Of a stretch of 64,000 nt of DNA, positions 1 to 11,675 are shown piece by piece. The stretch spans positions 1,127,309 to 1,191,308 of the forward strand of contig OZ025648.1 of NCBI GenBank assembly GCA_964019335.1, given 5' to 3'. Made by a program: the position numbers and the translations under genes. The stretch is from Diplonema japonicum (taxonomy: Eukaryota; Protista; Euglenozoa: Diplonemea). Under the pieces are notes generated by a model. That model was not told where the DNA came from. It saw nothing but the letters and a program-made list of their open reading frames with translations, and ran no database searches. Position 1 is the first letter of the stretch. Each line of letters begins with the position of its first letter.

Positions 1-3000
1 AGTGGAAACTCCTCTTGAGGAATGTCCCTGAGACCGCCACCACCATAGTCGAGGAAGGCACGGACCCCGAGTCATTCGTGTGGAGCCTCGCAGAACGCGT
101 CCGCCCCCTGATGGCTGATCTCCTCAAGTCGCAGCGCATGAACCTGCACGACAAGATGACCGAAGCCACTTTATCCCCTGTCCTCGACATCCCGCCCTCT
201 TTCTCAAACACATCTCTCGACTCCCCAAAAGGCAACCCTGAGCTCCAGGAACGGCTGAACAAGATACGCGCCAAGCAAAGCAAGCCGCGGACAGCCATCA
301 TGCCGCCTGTTGCAGCATCGGAGAAGGCAGAACCGCAGACACAGCAAATACCAAAGGAAATAAAAAATGACAAAATAGAAACAGAGCCTGAAGAAGATGA
401 TGAAGACGAGGAGACGGCCGCATCAAGCTCCAGAGAACAAGCTTCAGAGAGCGAGAGCGAGTGCGATGACGAGAGCTCCGACAGTTTTCGCTCGTCTGGG
501 TCCAGGGTATCCGCTTCTACCACCTCTGACTCGTCTTCCGATTCGGACTCTTCCTCTTCATGTATGAAATTCGGTGATGCTTGGGACCGACGCCAGGTGG
601 AGGAAATGAAAAAATCTCGAGAGAGCGAAGAGACCTTGAGCTTCCCTGAGACTCCTAACAAGAGTGGCAAAAAGCTCACAGTGGTTACCCTCAAACCTGA
701 AGAAATCAGACAACAACTCATGCTGCGGCATCTCATGAGTGCTGGGAACGAGGACGACAGAGAGGTGCGGGATGCAGCGCTTGACATGATGGTGCAGAAC
801 GGGATCCTGGACAGAGGCGTGCCCGAGGACCCCGGCCTTATTAAAGTACTGGATGAGCTGTTGAAGGACGGTGAGAAGAACTGCGTGCCTACGCGGTCGA
901 TCGTGCAGTCGTGGTACAAACAACACTTCAAACCCATCAAAGCGCTTGGGAAGGGGGGACAAGGCAGGGTGGAACAGGTTCAGAACTTGCTTGATGGCTT
1001 GTACTATGCCGTGAAAAGGGTACCTTTGCCTTCCTTGAAGTCTGGACAGAAGGACGACATGGCAGAGAGATACGTGAGGGCTGAGGTGCGAACACTTGCT
1101 AGGCTGAGGCACCCGTACATCGTGCGGTATTTCATTGCGTGGTTTGAACAGGAGATAGTACCCGATGGGGAAACCCTCCTGGACCAGGAGGCTTCAGGCC
1201 ACAACAGCTACATGATGTCCTCCTTCGGCGATAGTGACGAGGTTGCCACTGTCACCGAGGGGGCACAAGTGAAGAGGTTTTGCTACATACAAATGGAGTA
1301 CTGCTACCAAGAGACCCTGCGGCAGGCCATCGACAGGGGCATCTTTCTTCTAGATGAGTCTTCATTGGAGAGCGGGTTCAAGATTGTCTGGCAGCTCCTT
1401 GAGTGCGTGGAGTACATCCACAAGCAGAACGTGATCCACAGAGACCTGAAACCAGAGAACATCTTCTTTGACATTGTGAGTACGACGGGTCACAAGTACT
1501 TTGCTGGTGACATTAAGGTGGGTGACTTCGGCCTTGCAACAGGCGATGCGAGCGAAGATCAAAACTCGGCTGATGACACCCATCCAGACCGCACCACGAC
1601 GCCAGGGAAAGAGCACAGCACTGGCATAGGGACGCCGCTGTACTGTGCACCTGAGCAAGAGCGAAGATGTGACTACAACAGCAAGGTTGACGAATACAGC
1701 TTGGGCATAATCACTTATGAAATGTTTGGCGGATTCAAATCTACACACGAGAGACACCTTGCCATCACAAGCCTGCGGAAGACTGGAAAGGTACCTGCAG
1801 ACTGGCGTGGCCGAAACATACGAAGCGCAAACCTAGCCGAGCTCATCGAGTCTCTTGCCACCCTCGACCCCGACAGGCGCGCCACCGCGAAGGAGATCCT
1901 TGACAGAGGACTGCTGCCGAAGCCACGCCACCAAGAAGACATGCAAGCCGCAGTGGTGCTGTTCAATAACTATCAGGAAACGATGATCAAGTTGCTATAC
2001 GAAAAATGTCTTTCGGACCCAAACGCCTTGAACTCTTTAGATTGGCTCCACCAGCTGAAGGAACTGAAAATACACGACGACCCCCCTCCGGTGCTGATAT
2101 CGGCGCATGGTGAGTGTTGGGCGAAGGAGTTGATCGTGGACTCTTTCAGACGTCTAGGCGCGACCGAGCTGAAGGTCCCACTGCAGATCCCTGCGAATAG
2201 CATCATCAAGGACCATGAGTGTGTGAAGCACATGGACGAAGCAGGGAGGGTAATGGTGCGGCCGGTGAACCCAGCTGTTGCGTATGCTAGATACTTGGCT
2301 ATCCTGCACCCCGTGGAGCTGCTTGTGCCGATGCGGCGGTATGCCATCGGGAACGGGGTCGTCGACAATAAGGTGTGCAGGTTGGCCTCCTTCGACATCG
2401 CTACACCTGAGGGGGAGGCAGAGACGCATGGCGTTAACACGGAGATGCTGTTACTGCTGGGTGGGGTACTGGACCAGCTATCCATCCCCTCGGAGCAAAT
2501 GTGGGTCGTGCATGTGAACCACACGGACCTCCTGTCAATATTGATGAGCGTCTGCGGTCTCGATAGACCAGAAGAAGTATCGAAGCGTGCGTCGCACAAG
2601 GGGCAGACCCCTGAGAACTTCTCGCGACCTCTCAACATCGACGAGAAGATCGGCAGAAAGATCATCGAGCTCCACGGTACGAAGAAGACATTCGGTCTGC
2701 GCACCAACCCGACCAACATTTTCACGCATGTGGCGTCCACATTGGGGGTCAAGTCTCTTTTCCACGAGTGCGCCAAGAACAGCAACAGCTTGGAAGCTGC
2801 CAGGAGAGATAAAGGTGGTGTTCTGGAAAAGGCGAGCCTCGCGGTCAAGCACAAGGCGGCCACAGCTTTGTGCACCCTGCAAAAGCTTGAAAACGCATTA
2901 GTTGTATGCACTGCTTACAAAACACAATCTAATCAAATTTTTAAATACCACAGGAGCTCAAATTCAGAGAGAAGTATCCAAACGTGAAAGTGGAGTTCGA

Positions 3001-4144
3001 CATTTCGTTGACACGTGACTGCAGGGTGTACTCAGGGCTCATGTACTCCGTGGAGATGTGTGAAAAGACAGAGAAACCGAAGGGTGTTCCTAGCGGAAGC
3101 TCAAAGCCACCCGTAGGAGCAGGGGGGCGGTATGGTGCGCTGTTCAAGAAGATGCGAAGACACTACCAGTCCTTGGCAGCCTCGGACAAGGAGGAGCTGC
3201 TGGGACAGAAGGTTTTCCAAGTACCAGGAAACGTTTCGGTTTGCGGTATCTACCTCAACATCACGGAGATCACACGGCAATGCTGGGAAGGCAAACGGGA
3301 ACGAAAAAAAGTGCCCGGGATGGGAGCTGTGGTGCACGTCTGCATGAAGCCGTCTGGTTACGACAGCAATGTACTTTTGAGGGTCGCCACTGAACTCCGC
3401 GAAAACGGTATCCAAGCAGACTTCCAACTAGAGCCAGGCGTCCAGATAGCAACCCTGCAGGACACATGCCGGAAAAACCTGATTCCGTGGATGCTGCTGC
3501 TACCGGGGGTGTCAAGCAGCAAGCAGACAAACGGCGATCTTGTCCTGCAATGCAAGCTGAAGAACCTCAACACAGGCGTGCTTCGTAAGGAAAAGAACGA
3601 CACGCAAAAAGAGGACATCATCGAGGCACGCATTTCGCAGATAGGGAACCTTGTTGCGTACCGTCTGTCCGGGCGAACGGTTGGTGCACCTTCAGCACAA
3701 GCAGCTCCTCTTCATGAAGCGCCAGCAGGACTCAAGGTGTACACATATGAGGGCAAGGTGCACAGTGACTCTTCGACAGTGCACGGGGTGTTGGAGCTGG
3801 CGAACAAAGTGTTCGGGGCACAGCTCCCCAGCAAAGACTGTGTATCAGTTGACATCCCTATCTCTACGGTGAGAGAAATCACCGCCACCTTGTGTGGATG
3901 GCAGGTGCACCATAGCTTCGAGGGGGGGAAGTACCGCCCCATCACAGAAGTGATCCGACAGATGGCGGCCACGGTTCCTACAGTTCTGATACACTCTGTC
4001 CCGGACGAGAAGTTCGAAGTGGTGGTCTCGGCGAACATCAGAAGTGCGTCTGAAGAGCACCAAGGCACCGCCAGTAGGAGTGACAAGCACGGAAAACGAA
4101 GAGACGAAAGAAAAAAGGGGAGGAAAGAACGTGTGCTGTATTGA
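1..4144 (+). CDS. GCN2: GCN2-like eIF2-alpha kinase, 5'-truncated by window edge; intron 2904-2953
   Basis: Frame open from window start. Kinase motifs LGKGGQG, YAVKR, YIQMEYC, HRDLKPEN, DFG and GTPLYCAPE, with an eIF2a-kinase-type insert. Followed by a HisRS-like region (VGAGGRYGAL) and an anticodon-binding-like C-terminus. Removing the 50-nt intron GTATGC...CCACAG joins ORFs 15-2987 and 2984-4144 in frame (..NALV|ELKFREKYPNVKVEFD..). Confidence 0.9.
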
Positions 4145-4183
4145 GAGGGCAGCGCACAATAATACGGCCCTTTTTTTTTTTGA

Positions 4184-4210
4184 GGCGTCCTGCCACATAA
4201 ATGTCTCTTT
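4184..4210 (+). repeat. Dispersed intergenic motif, copy 1 (internally deleted)
   Basis: GGCGTCCTGCCACATAAATGTCTCTTT matches both ends of the copy at 26102. Confidence 0.75.
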
Positions 4211-4750
4211 TTTTTTCTTTTTTTTTTCTTCTTAGCCGCATGCTGTGCGCATGTTTGGTTTAGTGCATTTTTGAGTGGTTACAACGGAATGGGGCGCACT
4301 TGTGTTAGTTAAATATTTCTTTTTTGTTTCTTTTTGATTATTTTTTTTTTACAAGATTCGTGTGGTGCTTGTAGTTGTGACCCACTGCTGCCCCTACCTT
4401 GCTTATACTTTTTTATATGGGGTGAAAAACAAAAAAAGTCAAGAATCCAGGATAATTCAGAATTGTGCACCCCCTCCCCCCTCCGGTGGTGCTCGTGTTG
4501 CCTTCCTGCTATCATCGTTGTTGTCACCTTGAAAAGTAGTGACCAGGGAAATGGCCGCAGCGACGTCCTCACCACAAAAAAAAAAAAAACAAACCACGCG
4601 CACAATTCTAGCCTATTTTTAGACTTTTTCTTTCTGGGTCCTCGAGTGGGATTTGCCCTAAAAACATCGCCTTTTTTCTTATTCTTCTTCTTCTTTTTTA
4701 GTGCTTCTGTAAGGGTATGTACCAGGAAACACGCACGGCGTGACCGAAAA

Positions 4751-5374
4751 ATGACTAAGCGCGTTGTTCTTGGTGTGTACGGAGGTATCTGCAGTGGGAA
4801 GAGTTACACATTAGACATCCTTAGAAGGAAAGGGTTTGGGGTAGTGGAAGTTGACAAGTTAGGGCACAAGGCGTACGAAAGAGGAACGCAGTGCTGGGAG
4901 AAGGTTGTGAAAGAGTTTGGAGTGGAAGGCGAAGATGGGGAAGTAGACAGAAAGAAGCTGGGAGGGATCGTGTTCGGGGACAAGACAGGCGAAAGCTTAA
5001 AGCTTTTGAACTCCATTGTATGGCCGCATGTCAATGAACTGACACAGCAAGAACTCCATGCTTTGCAAGCACAGCACACGCACGTGGCAATTGAGGCAGC
5101 ACTCCTCCTCGAAGCTGGGTGGCAGTCCCCCTGCACGCACCTCTGGACATTCTTCGTTTCTCAAGAGATTGCGATAGCCCGCATGATGCAAGCACGGTCC
5201 CTCTCCAAGGAAGAAGCCATGCAACGGCTCTCGGCACAGCTTCCCAATGTTGAGCGCATCAGACTCTCCGAGGAAGCCTTCCCGCAGGAGAGAAGATGGA
5301 TCTTTGACAGGAGCGAAACGAGCATCGAGGAGGCGGAGAGACGCATCACACAGAAGATCGCTGAACTAGCGTAG
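4751..5374 (+). CDS. Dephospho-CoA kinase (CoaE/DCAKD family)
   Basis: GVYGGICSGKS P-loop, DKLGHKAY, VDRKKLGGIVF, LNSIVWP, EAALLLEAGW, RLSAQL. ATG at 4751; the ORF extension upstream is T-rich intergenic sequence. Confidence 0.9.
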   Translation: MTKRVVLGVYGGICSGKSYTLDILRRKGFGVVEVDKLGHKAYERGTQCWEKVVKEFGVEGEDGEVDRKKLGGIVFGDKTGESLKLLNSIVWPHVNELTQQELHALQAQHTHVAIEAALLLEAGWQSPCTHLWTFFVSQEIAIARMMQARSLSKEEAMQRLSAQLPNVERIRLSEEAFPQERRWIFDRSETSIEEAERRITQKIAELA

Positions 5375-5609
5375 GCTCTTTTTTTTTTCTCTTTTCACCG
5401 GGACAATGGTTTTTTTAGTAGCTGCTGCACACGGGATTTGCCTTTTTTAGTTTTTTTTTTTGTTCTAAAGCGTTTAGCTCCCTTGAAGTTCACACCAGCG
5501 TGTGGGTTTAGTCCATTTATTTGTAGTCGTTGCAAGAATAGGAGGTATTGGACTATTTAGTATAGTTTTTTCTTCGATTTATTTCCATGCCGCACACCAC
5601 CCCAGTACC

Positions 5610-7055
5610 ATGCATGCCTTCCCTGCCGAGGTCGCATCGAGCAGGTCGTCGGTAGAGCCTTACGAGCGACATGACGGGGCCTTAGCAGAGGCACTGCAGC
5701 TGGCAGAAGCCTGGAGGGAAAGGAAAAAAGAGCTAGGAGTGGCTGAGGCACATGGAGAAAAGACCAAAAGACAGGAGAGAGTAGTGGTGCTGATGTCGCC
5801 TATGGAAGGTGGGGACGAAAACGAAGAAGCTGAAGGAGAAGAAGGTACACCAGAGGCGCAACAAGAGGAGCAGCAACGACAACAAACCGAAGTGGTGCCG
5901 AGGGAAGGGGGAATGAAGCCTAGAAGTACAGAGATTCGCGAAGAAGTGGAAGACAGAGAACACTGTGGTGGAGGGAATAGGGACAGGGAAGACAAAAGGC
6001 GCTGGGGGAGGGAGCATCGGGGCATGGGTAGGAGCAGGGACAAGGACGGGAATACAAGGGGGGCAGAAGTGATTGAGATCGACGCCACGACGCCCATCAA
6101 AGACAAGGGGGAAGAAGCTGCTTTTGTACCATTGAGCGCAAATGCGCAGCACTCGCACACCAACGACTTCAGGTGGGACGACGACGGTGTCCTGTTGGAG
6201 GAGCTCTCAAGTCGAGTGAACCAGAAGTACGGCGGCTGCGAACTGCTCTACGCAGAGCCCATGGGGAGCCACTACAGCTACCCCCAGGCCCCACACAAGG
6301 TCATTGGCAAAATGCTTGTCAGCCCTACGCGCAGGCATCAGGTTGGCTTTCCTGTTGCCCCTGAGCGGCTCGGTGAAGACAACCCATATCATCACCCACC
6401 CGCAGGCAGCACGCAAAGCTACTTCGCAGAAGAGCCGCAGGCATATCAAGTACCACCCGTACCTTGGCACCATGAACCAGTACAGCCCCCTAGGCAAGTA
6501 CCACCCGTACCTTGGCACAATGAACCACCAGTACAGCCCCCTAGGCAAGTACTGCCAACTCCAAAGCCTGTCCTGTTTGAGCAGGAGATTACCACTCAAG
6601 TGATGCAGGGGCAACTAGACACCCGACCACTGGTAGCCAGGGAGAGGGAGCTTCGGAGCTTCCAAACAGCAACACCAGCCACTCCAACCACGCCTGCAAC
6701 GCCGCAGCTTCAATATAAAGTGGGTCAGGTGGGTGGGGACTCGGTACAGAGCAAGGGCACACTCCCCCCACCCGAACACCTCAGCGAGCAGGGTTTAGCA
6801 CTTTCAGATGGGCAGCTGGAGTCTTTAGCACATGCAGTGGTCTCAAGGCCACGTGAGGAACACAGACCCCCACCACCCCCGCTGCTGAGCACAGCTGCTG
6901 CTGCAATACGGCATACTCCACGAACGAGCCCTGCTGCCCCCACGCGCGTCCTCCGTAGAAACCCTGCCACAGCCTGCCCCTCCTGCGGTGCTGTCATCGT
7001 ATTCAAGTCACGCACAGCGAACAAGTACTGCACCCAGTGCGGGTACAGGTTGTAG
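5610..7055 (+). CDS. Hypothetical low-complexity protein with C-terminal zinc ribbon
   Basis: Long ORF, ATG at 5610 after CCCCAG. Ends CPSCG-x13-CTQCG. Glu/Arg-rich then Pro-rich. Confidence 0.7.
   Translation: MHAFPAEVASSRSSVEPYERHDGALAEALQLAEAWRERKKELGVAEAHGEKTKRQERVVVLMSPMEGGDENEEAEGEEGTPEAQQEEQQRQQTEVVPREGGMKPRSTEIREEVEDREHCGGGNRDREDKRRWGREHRGMGRSRDKDGNTRGAEVIEIDATTPIKDKGEEAAFVPLSANAQHSHTNDFRWDDDGVLLEELSSRVNQKYGGCELLYAEPMGSHYSYPQAPHKVIGKMLVSPTRRHQVGFPVAPERLGEDNPYHHPPAGSTQSYFAEEPQAYQVPPVPWHHEPVQPPRQVPPVPWHNEPPVQPPRQVLPTPKPVLFEQEITTQVMQGQLDTRPLVARERELRSFQTATPATPTTPATPQLQYKVGQVGGDSVQSKGTLPPPEHLSEQGLALSDGQLESLAHAVVSRPREEHRPPPPPLLSTAAAAIRHTPRTSPAAPTRVLRRNPATACPSCGAVIVFKSRTANKYCTQCGYRL
6447..6557 (+). 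repeat. Coding tandem duplication, 48/51-nt units (QVPPVPWHxEP(P)VQPPR)
   Basis: CAAGTACCACCCGTACCTTGGCAC at 6447 and 6495; partial third copy at 6546. Confidence 0.9.
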
Positions 7056-7483
7056 CACCTGGGCTCTTTACTGGGTTCCATAGCATTTGTTCTTTCTTCA
7101 CTTCGGTGCTGAAGTTTTCCGAAGAGCAAACTAGTAAAAAGACAACAAAAGAAAATATTTTTATTGAAAAAAAAAAAAAAGAAATGTACTTTTTTTTTCT
7201 TCCTTATTTTCCCCTTCCTCATAGATTAGATTTCCTTTTTCTTTTTGTTTCTTTCGAGTGTAGTATTCCCCCCAGTCCATGGCCACAACCAGCGCCGCCG
7301 CAGAAGTCAATTCCATTCAGTCTGTCTATTCTGTCAGTTGGTCTTTCCTACAATACCAGGCGTTAGTGTTTGGTGTGTACGCACCGTATATTCCTACCAT
7401 CTCGTTCATTGATGATGTCAGTCCCCATCCCCTCCCGACCCGTTCAAGAATAAAGAAAAGGGGAAAAAAAAAAGAAGAAGAAA

Positions 7484-8008
7484 ATGTCTCTAAGCACCAG
7501 TACGATGAGGGCGCAGGGAGCGAAGATGTTCATGATACCGTTGAACCAGGCAGTCGTGTGCGACGAGGAGACTCTTGTCTGCGAGGTGATGGAAACGCTT
7601 GTGAAGAATAATTTTATCAGGAGGAGGTGTTACGTGATAGATGAAGAGAGCAGGTGTGTGGGCATGGTGGGGCTGGCATCGCTGACCAGGGCCTACCACA
7701 GGGGGGTGAACCCTAAGGTCACAAAGGTGAAGGATATCATGAAGAAGGACTTTGGGACTGTGAGCCCTGACTCCACTCCTGAGGAATGCCGTGCGTCTTT
7801 GGGCAGGCAACGTATTCATCATCTTGTGGTCACATCTAACGGAACCCCCCAGGGCCGCATGCTAGGCGCACTCTCTTCTTGGATTGTTGCCGAAGAGCAG
7901 TCCCTTGGGGCAAAGTCCTACCCCCACAATGTTCTTGCAAGAAACTACCAAACCATCTGGCAGAAGGCCACCGCGACAGACCTTCGGGTCATTGGTTCCA
8001 AGCTGTAG
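7484..8008 (+). CDS. CBS-pair (Bateman) domain protein
   Basis: Two CBS-like units: VIDEESRCVGMV and KVKDIMKKDFGTVSPD...IHHLVV...MLGALS. Confidence 0.8.
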   Translation: MSLSTSTMRAQGAKMFMIPLNQAVVCDEETLVCEVMETLVKNNFIRRRCYVIDEESRCVGMVGLASLTRAYHRGVNPKVTKVKDIMKKDFGTVSPDSTPEECRASLGRQRIHHLVVTSNGTPQGRMLGALSSWIVAEEQSLGAKSYPHNVLARNYQTIWQKATATDLRVIGSKL

Positions 8009-8049
8009 AAAGAACAGGAGGGGTAGTGTTTCATATTTCTTTTTTGTCA

Positions 8050-8085
8050 GGCTGTCCTGTCACACTACACCGCAGGTTCACCTTT
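8050..8085 (+). repeat. Dispersed intergenic motif, copy 2 (diverged)
   Basis: GGCTGTCCTGTCACACTACACCGCAGGTTCACCTTT. Confidence 0.55.
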
Positions 8086-8361
8086 CTGAGACTCGTTATT
8101 TAAATTATTCAAAAAAAAAAAAAGATTTTCCCCGATCGCGCGTGAACACATAACACCCCCCCCTCCCTACCCCCCACCTCGTTTTTTTTTTTTGAAAGAG
8201 ACTGAATAGAACCAAGGGAGAGTTACCCCCTAGGGAAAAAGAAAGGGGCCCGTTAAATTCAAAAAAGAAGAAAAAAAGAAAGGAAAAAAAGCAAAACAAA
8301 AAAAGAAAAAAAACACGCACACCTTGCAACGAGGATGGAAGACATTCGTACCCGTTGTGTA

Positions 8362-8398
<37 letters not shown>

Positions 8399-9264
8399 CT
8401 GGTGGCTTTTTTTTTTTGTTTTGTTTTTGCTTTGTGATCCTTTTTTTTTTTTTTTTTTTTGTTTCTTCTTTTCTTTTCTTTTTTTTTTTCCCGCTGTACC
8501 GCCATGTTGCATCAACGACTTTTTTTTTTCTTTTTTCTTTTTTTTTTGTAAAATCAACATTTACAAACGAGGAAAATACAAAAAATGGGAAAAGAAAATG
8601 GACATTATCACTATTCCCCCCTCCCCCCTCCCCCCTCTCTTTCGTTGTAAAGAGGACCACAGGCTCCTATAATGCTTGGGCATTCTGATGCCTACTGGCT
8701 TTACTTGAAGTGACGAACAACGGCCTGGTTTCTCTATCATCTTGTAATACCGTTGCACAAGGAGCCGAAGAAAAAGAAAAAAAGGAAGTAAAAGAAGCAA
8801 AATGAAAAAAAAAAAGAAAAAAAAAGAGGGGGGAAACTACAACGATCCTGAAAGGGGTGCTCTTTTTTTTTTTTTTTTTTTTTTTCTTTTTTGCTAAAAA
8901 AGACTTTTCTTCCAAGAAAAAAAGAAGAAAAAAGTAATCCGCCCCCCCCATTCCCTCTCCCTTTACTCTCTATTTTTTCTCTTCTTCTCCCTCTCTATTC
9001 TCTCCTTCTTGTTGACGCTCTCTTCCTTTACCAAAGAGGTTAAGAGTCTTTTTTTTTTTTTCCTTCTTCCCCTTCATACGTTAGCTAGGTGAGGCGTATT
9101 TTCTTTTTCTTTTATTTTCCTATTCTTCTTCCTGTGGCGTGAGGCGCGTGACTGAAGTTCTTTTTTATGTTTTCTTTTTTTTTTTTTATGTTTTTTCATC
9201 CTATTTTTTTCGAACAACAAAAATATAACTGCACACGCACCTTCTAACAGGGGATAGAGGGTAA

Positions 9265-11114
9265 ATGATCTCAAGAAAGCGGCACCGTTGGGGTACAAAT
9301 GAGGACAACGAGCAGACTTTGGAAGTAGTGGTGAAGCGCACCAGGCTAGCGCAGCCGCAGACCACGAGGACTGTGAAGGACCTGTTTACGCATGTTTTGG
9401 AGGACTGCATGAGCTGGCTCAGCGGGGCAGAAATTTGTATGAACGTGAAGCCTGTGTGCAAGAAATGGCGTAAGATTAGCCACTCGAACGGAGCGTGGGC
9501 AGAGGTCAAGAGACGCTGCCTTGCCTTGCGGCAACGTGGCATCCCCCACCCTTGCGACTGTCTCACCCTTGAGCGATTGGATGAGTGTAAAGAGGATGAA
9601 TACGCCGAGGCACTTGAGTACTACAAAACCCGTTTCGGCGACAGTGCCGGGCCTGCTACTGAAACCTTCCAAAGCTTTCTCGACAACCTCCCTCCTGCGG
9701 GCGTGATCCACCAGCAGTGGTGGGCATCACCCAAACCAGCACTCCGGCGTGCCCGCACCATGTGGCAAAAGCTTGCTAGCACGCCCTGCATCCGCTCCGT
9801 GGCAATCGGCTCCCAGCACATAGAAGAACACATCAGTTACAAGAACACCTTCACCGACTTCGAGGAGCAGGTGGGCGACCTGTGGCTCACAGATCTTTAC
9901 GTCGCTATGGGCTTCATTCCACCACCACATGAGAACATGTGCGGCTGTGACATGCACACCCTGCCCATCGAGAAGCTGGTCGTCGCTGAACGGCGCATTC
10001 ATTGCCCTAGGAAGATGCGGGTCCATACGCAAGAGCACCACCCGTTCTGCTCAGGTGATTACCAACTCAGCGCGAGAGTTAACGGTTACCCCTCGTGGGT
10101 GAGCAGCGGTGAAGTCACCTCCTGGCTGTACTCGTCCCCCAAAGGCGTGTGGACCATAACCAACAGGGATTCCGACTTCGAGAACGGCGCCGGCCACATT
10201 GCCGCAGGGTCGCCCCACAACGGATGGCTGCCCCAAGCAAACAGGGACTGGCTCTACGGGGACGGGAAGGCGTGGTACCCCGACCCCGCCATATCCATCA
10301 GAGGGGTTCCGGAGCCGAAGCTGTTCTTCAAGGACCAGTCAGAGGTCACGCCCCGCATGCGTGCTTCCATTATAGGGTGGCTGTCCGACATTCAATCCTA
10401 TCAGAGAATGCCCCTCCAGATGCACACTTTGTTCCTGGCGGTAAAAATATCTGACAACTTCTTTGCTTGCAGGAACGTCGCAAAGAGTGACATGCAGCTT
10501 GTGGCTTGTGGTGCTACGCTGCTCGCGGCCAGCGCTGAGAACGTTTTACTGACGAAAGCGGGGGAACCTGGGGGGTCGTTGCTGGAGTGGATGTACCACC
10601 TGACGGAGGGGTACACGAAGGAACAGATCGCCTCGAAGCATGCGGAGATACTCCAGGTGCTGGGCACCGACATCACACGCAGCCCTACTATTTACTTGTT
10701 CCTAGAAAGGTACCTCAGTATGGTGAGGGACTCCGGCTACTTCGACCAAAGCATCCAGGATGCGGCTGAGTACATCTCTGAGCTTGGGCTGCTGCAGTAC
10801 GACCTGGTGGCCAGATACAGGCCGTCGGTCATTGCTGCAGCTGCGCTGTTGGTGGCCATACGGACCCTGCCAGTCCCTGACATCCCTTGCGCCCATGAGC
10901 TTCGCCTGCTCGACATCGATGTTGAGTCGTGTGCCTCCGAGCTGTTGAAGCAGGTATGAGTCGAATGTTATTAGCAATCACAACGCAGCTTTACTCCAGA
11001 CCAAAGCCTCTTCCTTCTTACAAGAAGAATTTAATCTGCAAGTATTCCACCTCCGCTCATGGGAAGATAGCACTGGTGTACGAGTCCCTTGCAGATATTG
11101 ACCCTACGTGCTGA
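9265..11114 (+). CDS. F-box + cyclin domain protein (cyclin-F-like architecture); intron 10954-10988
   Basis: N-terminal F-box (VLEDCMSWLSGAEICMNVKPVCKKWRKI). Cyclin box (TPRMRASIIGWL..HTLFLAVKISDNF..MQLVACGATLLAAS) and cyclin C-terminal fold (PTIYLFLERY, YISELGL, YRPSVIAAAAL). A 35-nt intron GTATGAG...ACGCAG adds the terminal exon LYSRPK..KYSTSAHGKIA. Confidence 0.85.
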
Positions 11115-11675
11115 GGGATGAGGGGCCTTTATCCTGATGTTGCGGTATGCTGCAAAAAAAAGCAACACGCTGTTTAAAAACACAAATAGACGTCACCTTG
11201 TTTATTCTACACCCCTGACCTCTGACCTTTTTTTTTGCACGCCGACCTGGGGCTAAGACGATTGATGATGGTTTCTAGCAAAATTCGTTTTTTTTTCCTA
11301 TGTAAACGGGTAATACTGGTCTTGGTGGAATTTAATGGAAGGGGGAAAGAAAGAAGCGAAATAAAACCCTGATGTGTATGTGTGTGTGGGTGATTTTTAT
11401 TGCTTTGTGAAATCCATTTTTGAGGACATATTTTCTCCACCCAGTATTACTCTGATTACTTTTAGTGGGGTACCGGAGGCTGTGTTTTGCTGGGGGTGGC
11501 TGCAGCACTCTGCACACAAGCCCCGCGGTGAAGACACACGCCCTGGTACTGCCCGCAATTCTTTATATTGTACATGTATTGTTTAGCCCTCCTCTTTTGA
11601 TATGTTTCGTTGAGGTACCCTCGTATTATTTGGTTTTCTTTTTTTTTGATCGTGCAATTCAACTCCTTCAGCACT

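Noticed and set aside
2984-2987. Apparent frameshifts or overlapping ORFs in GCN2, SMC1, PDE, TRM112 and the 55975 gene
   Set aside because: Each is resolved by a short GT-AG intron; no programmed frameshift, stop-codon reassignment or pseudogene is needed.
8100-9260. Poly-Lys and poly-Phe ORFs here and at 25900-27000 and 60400-62500
   Set aside because: Translations of A/T homopolymer tracts in intergenic DNA.
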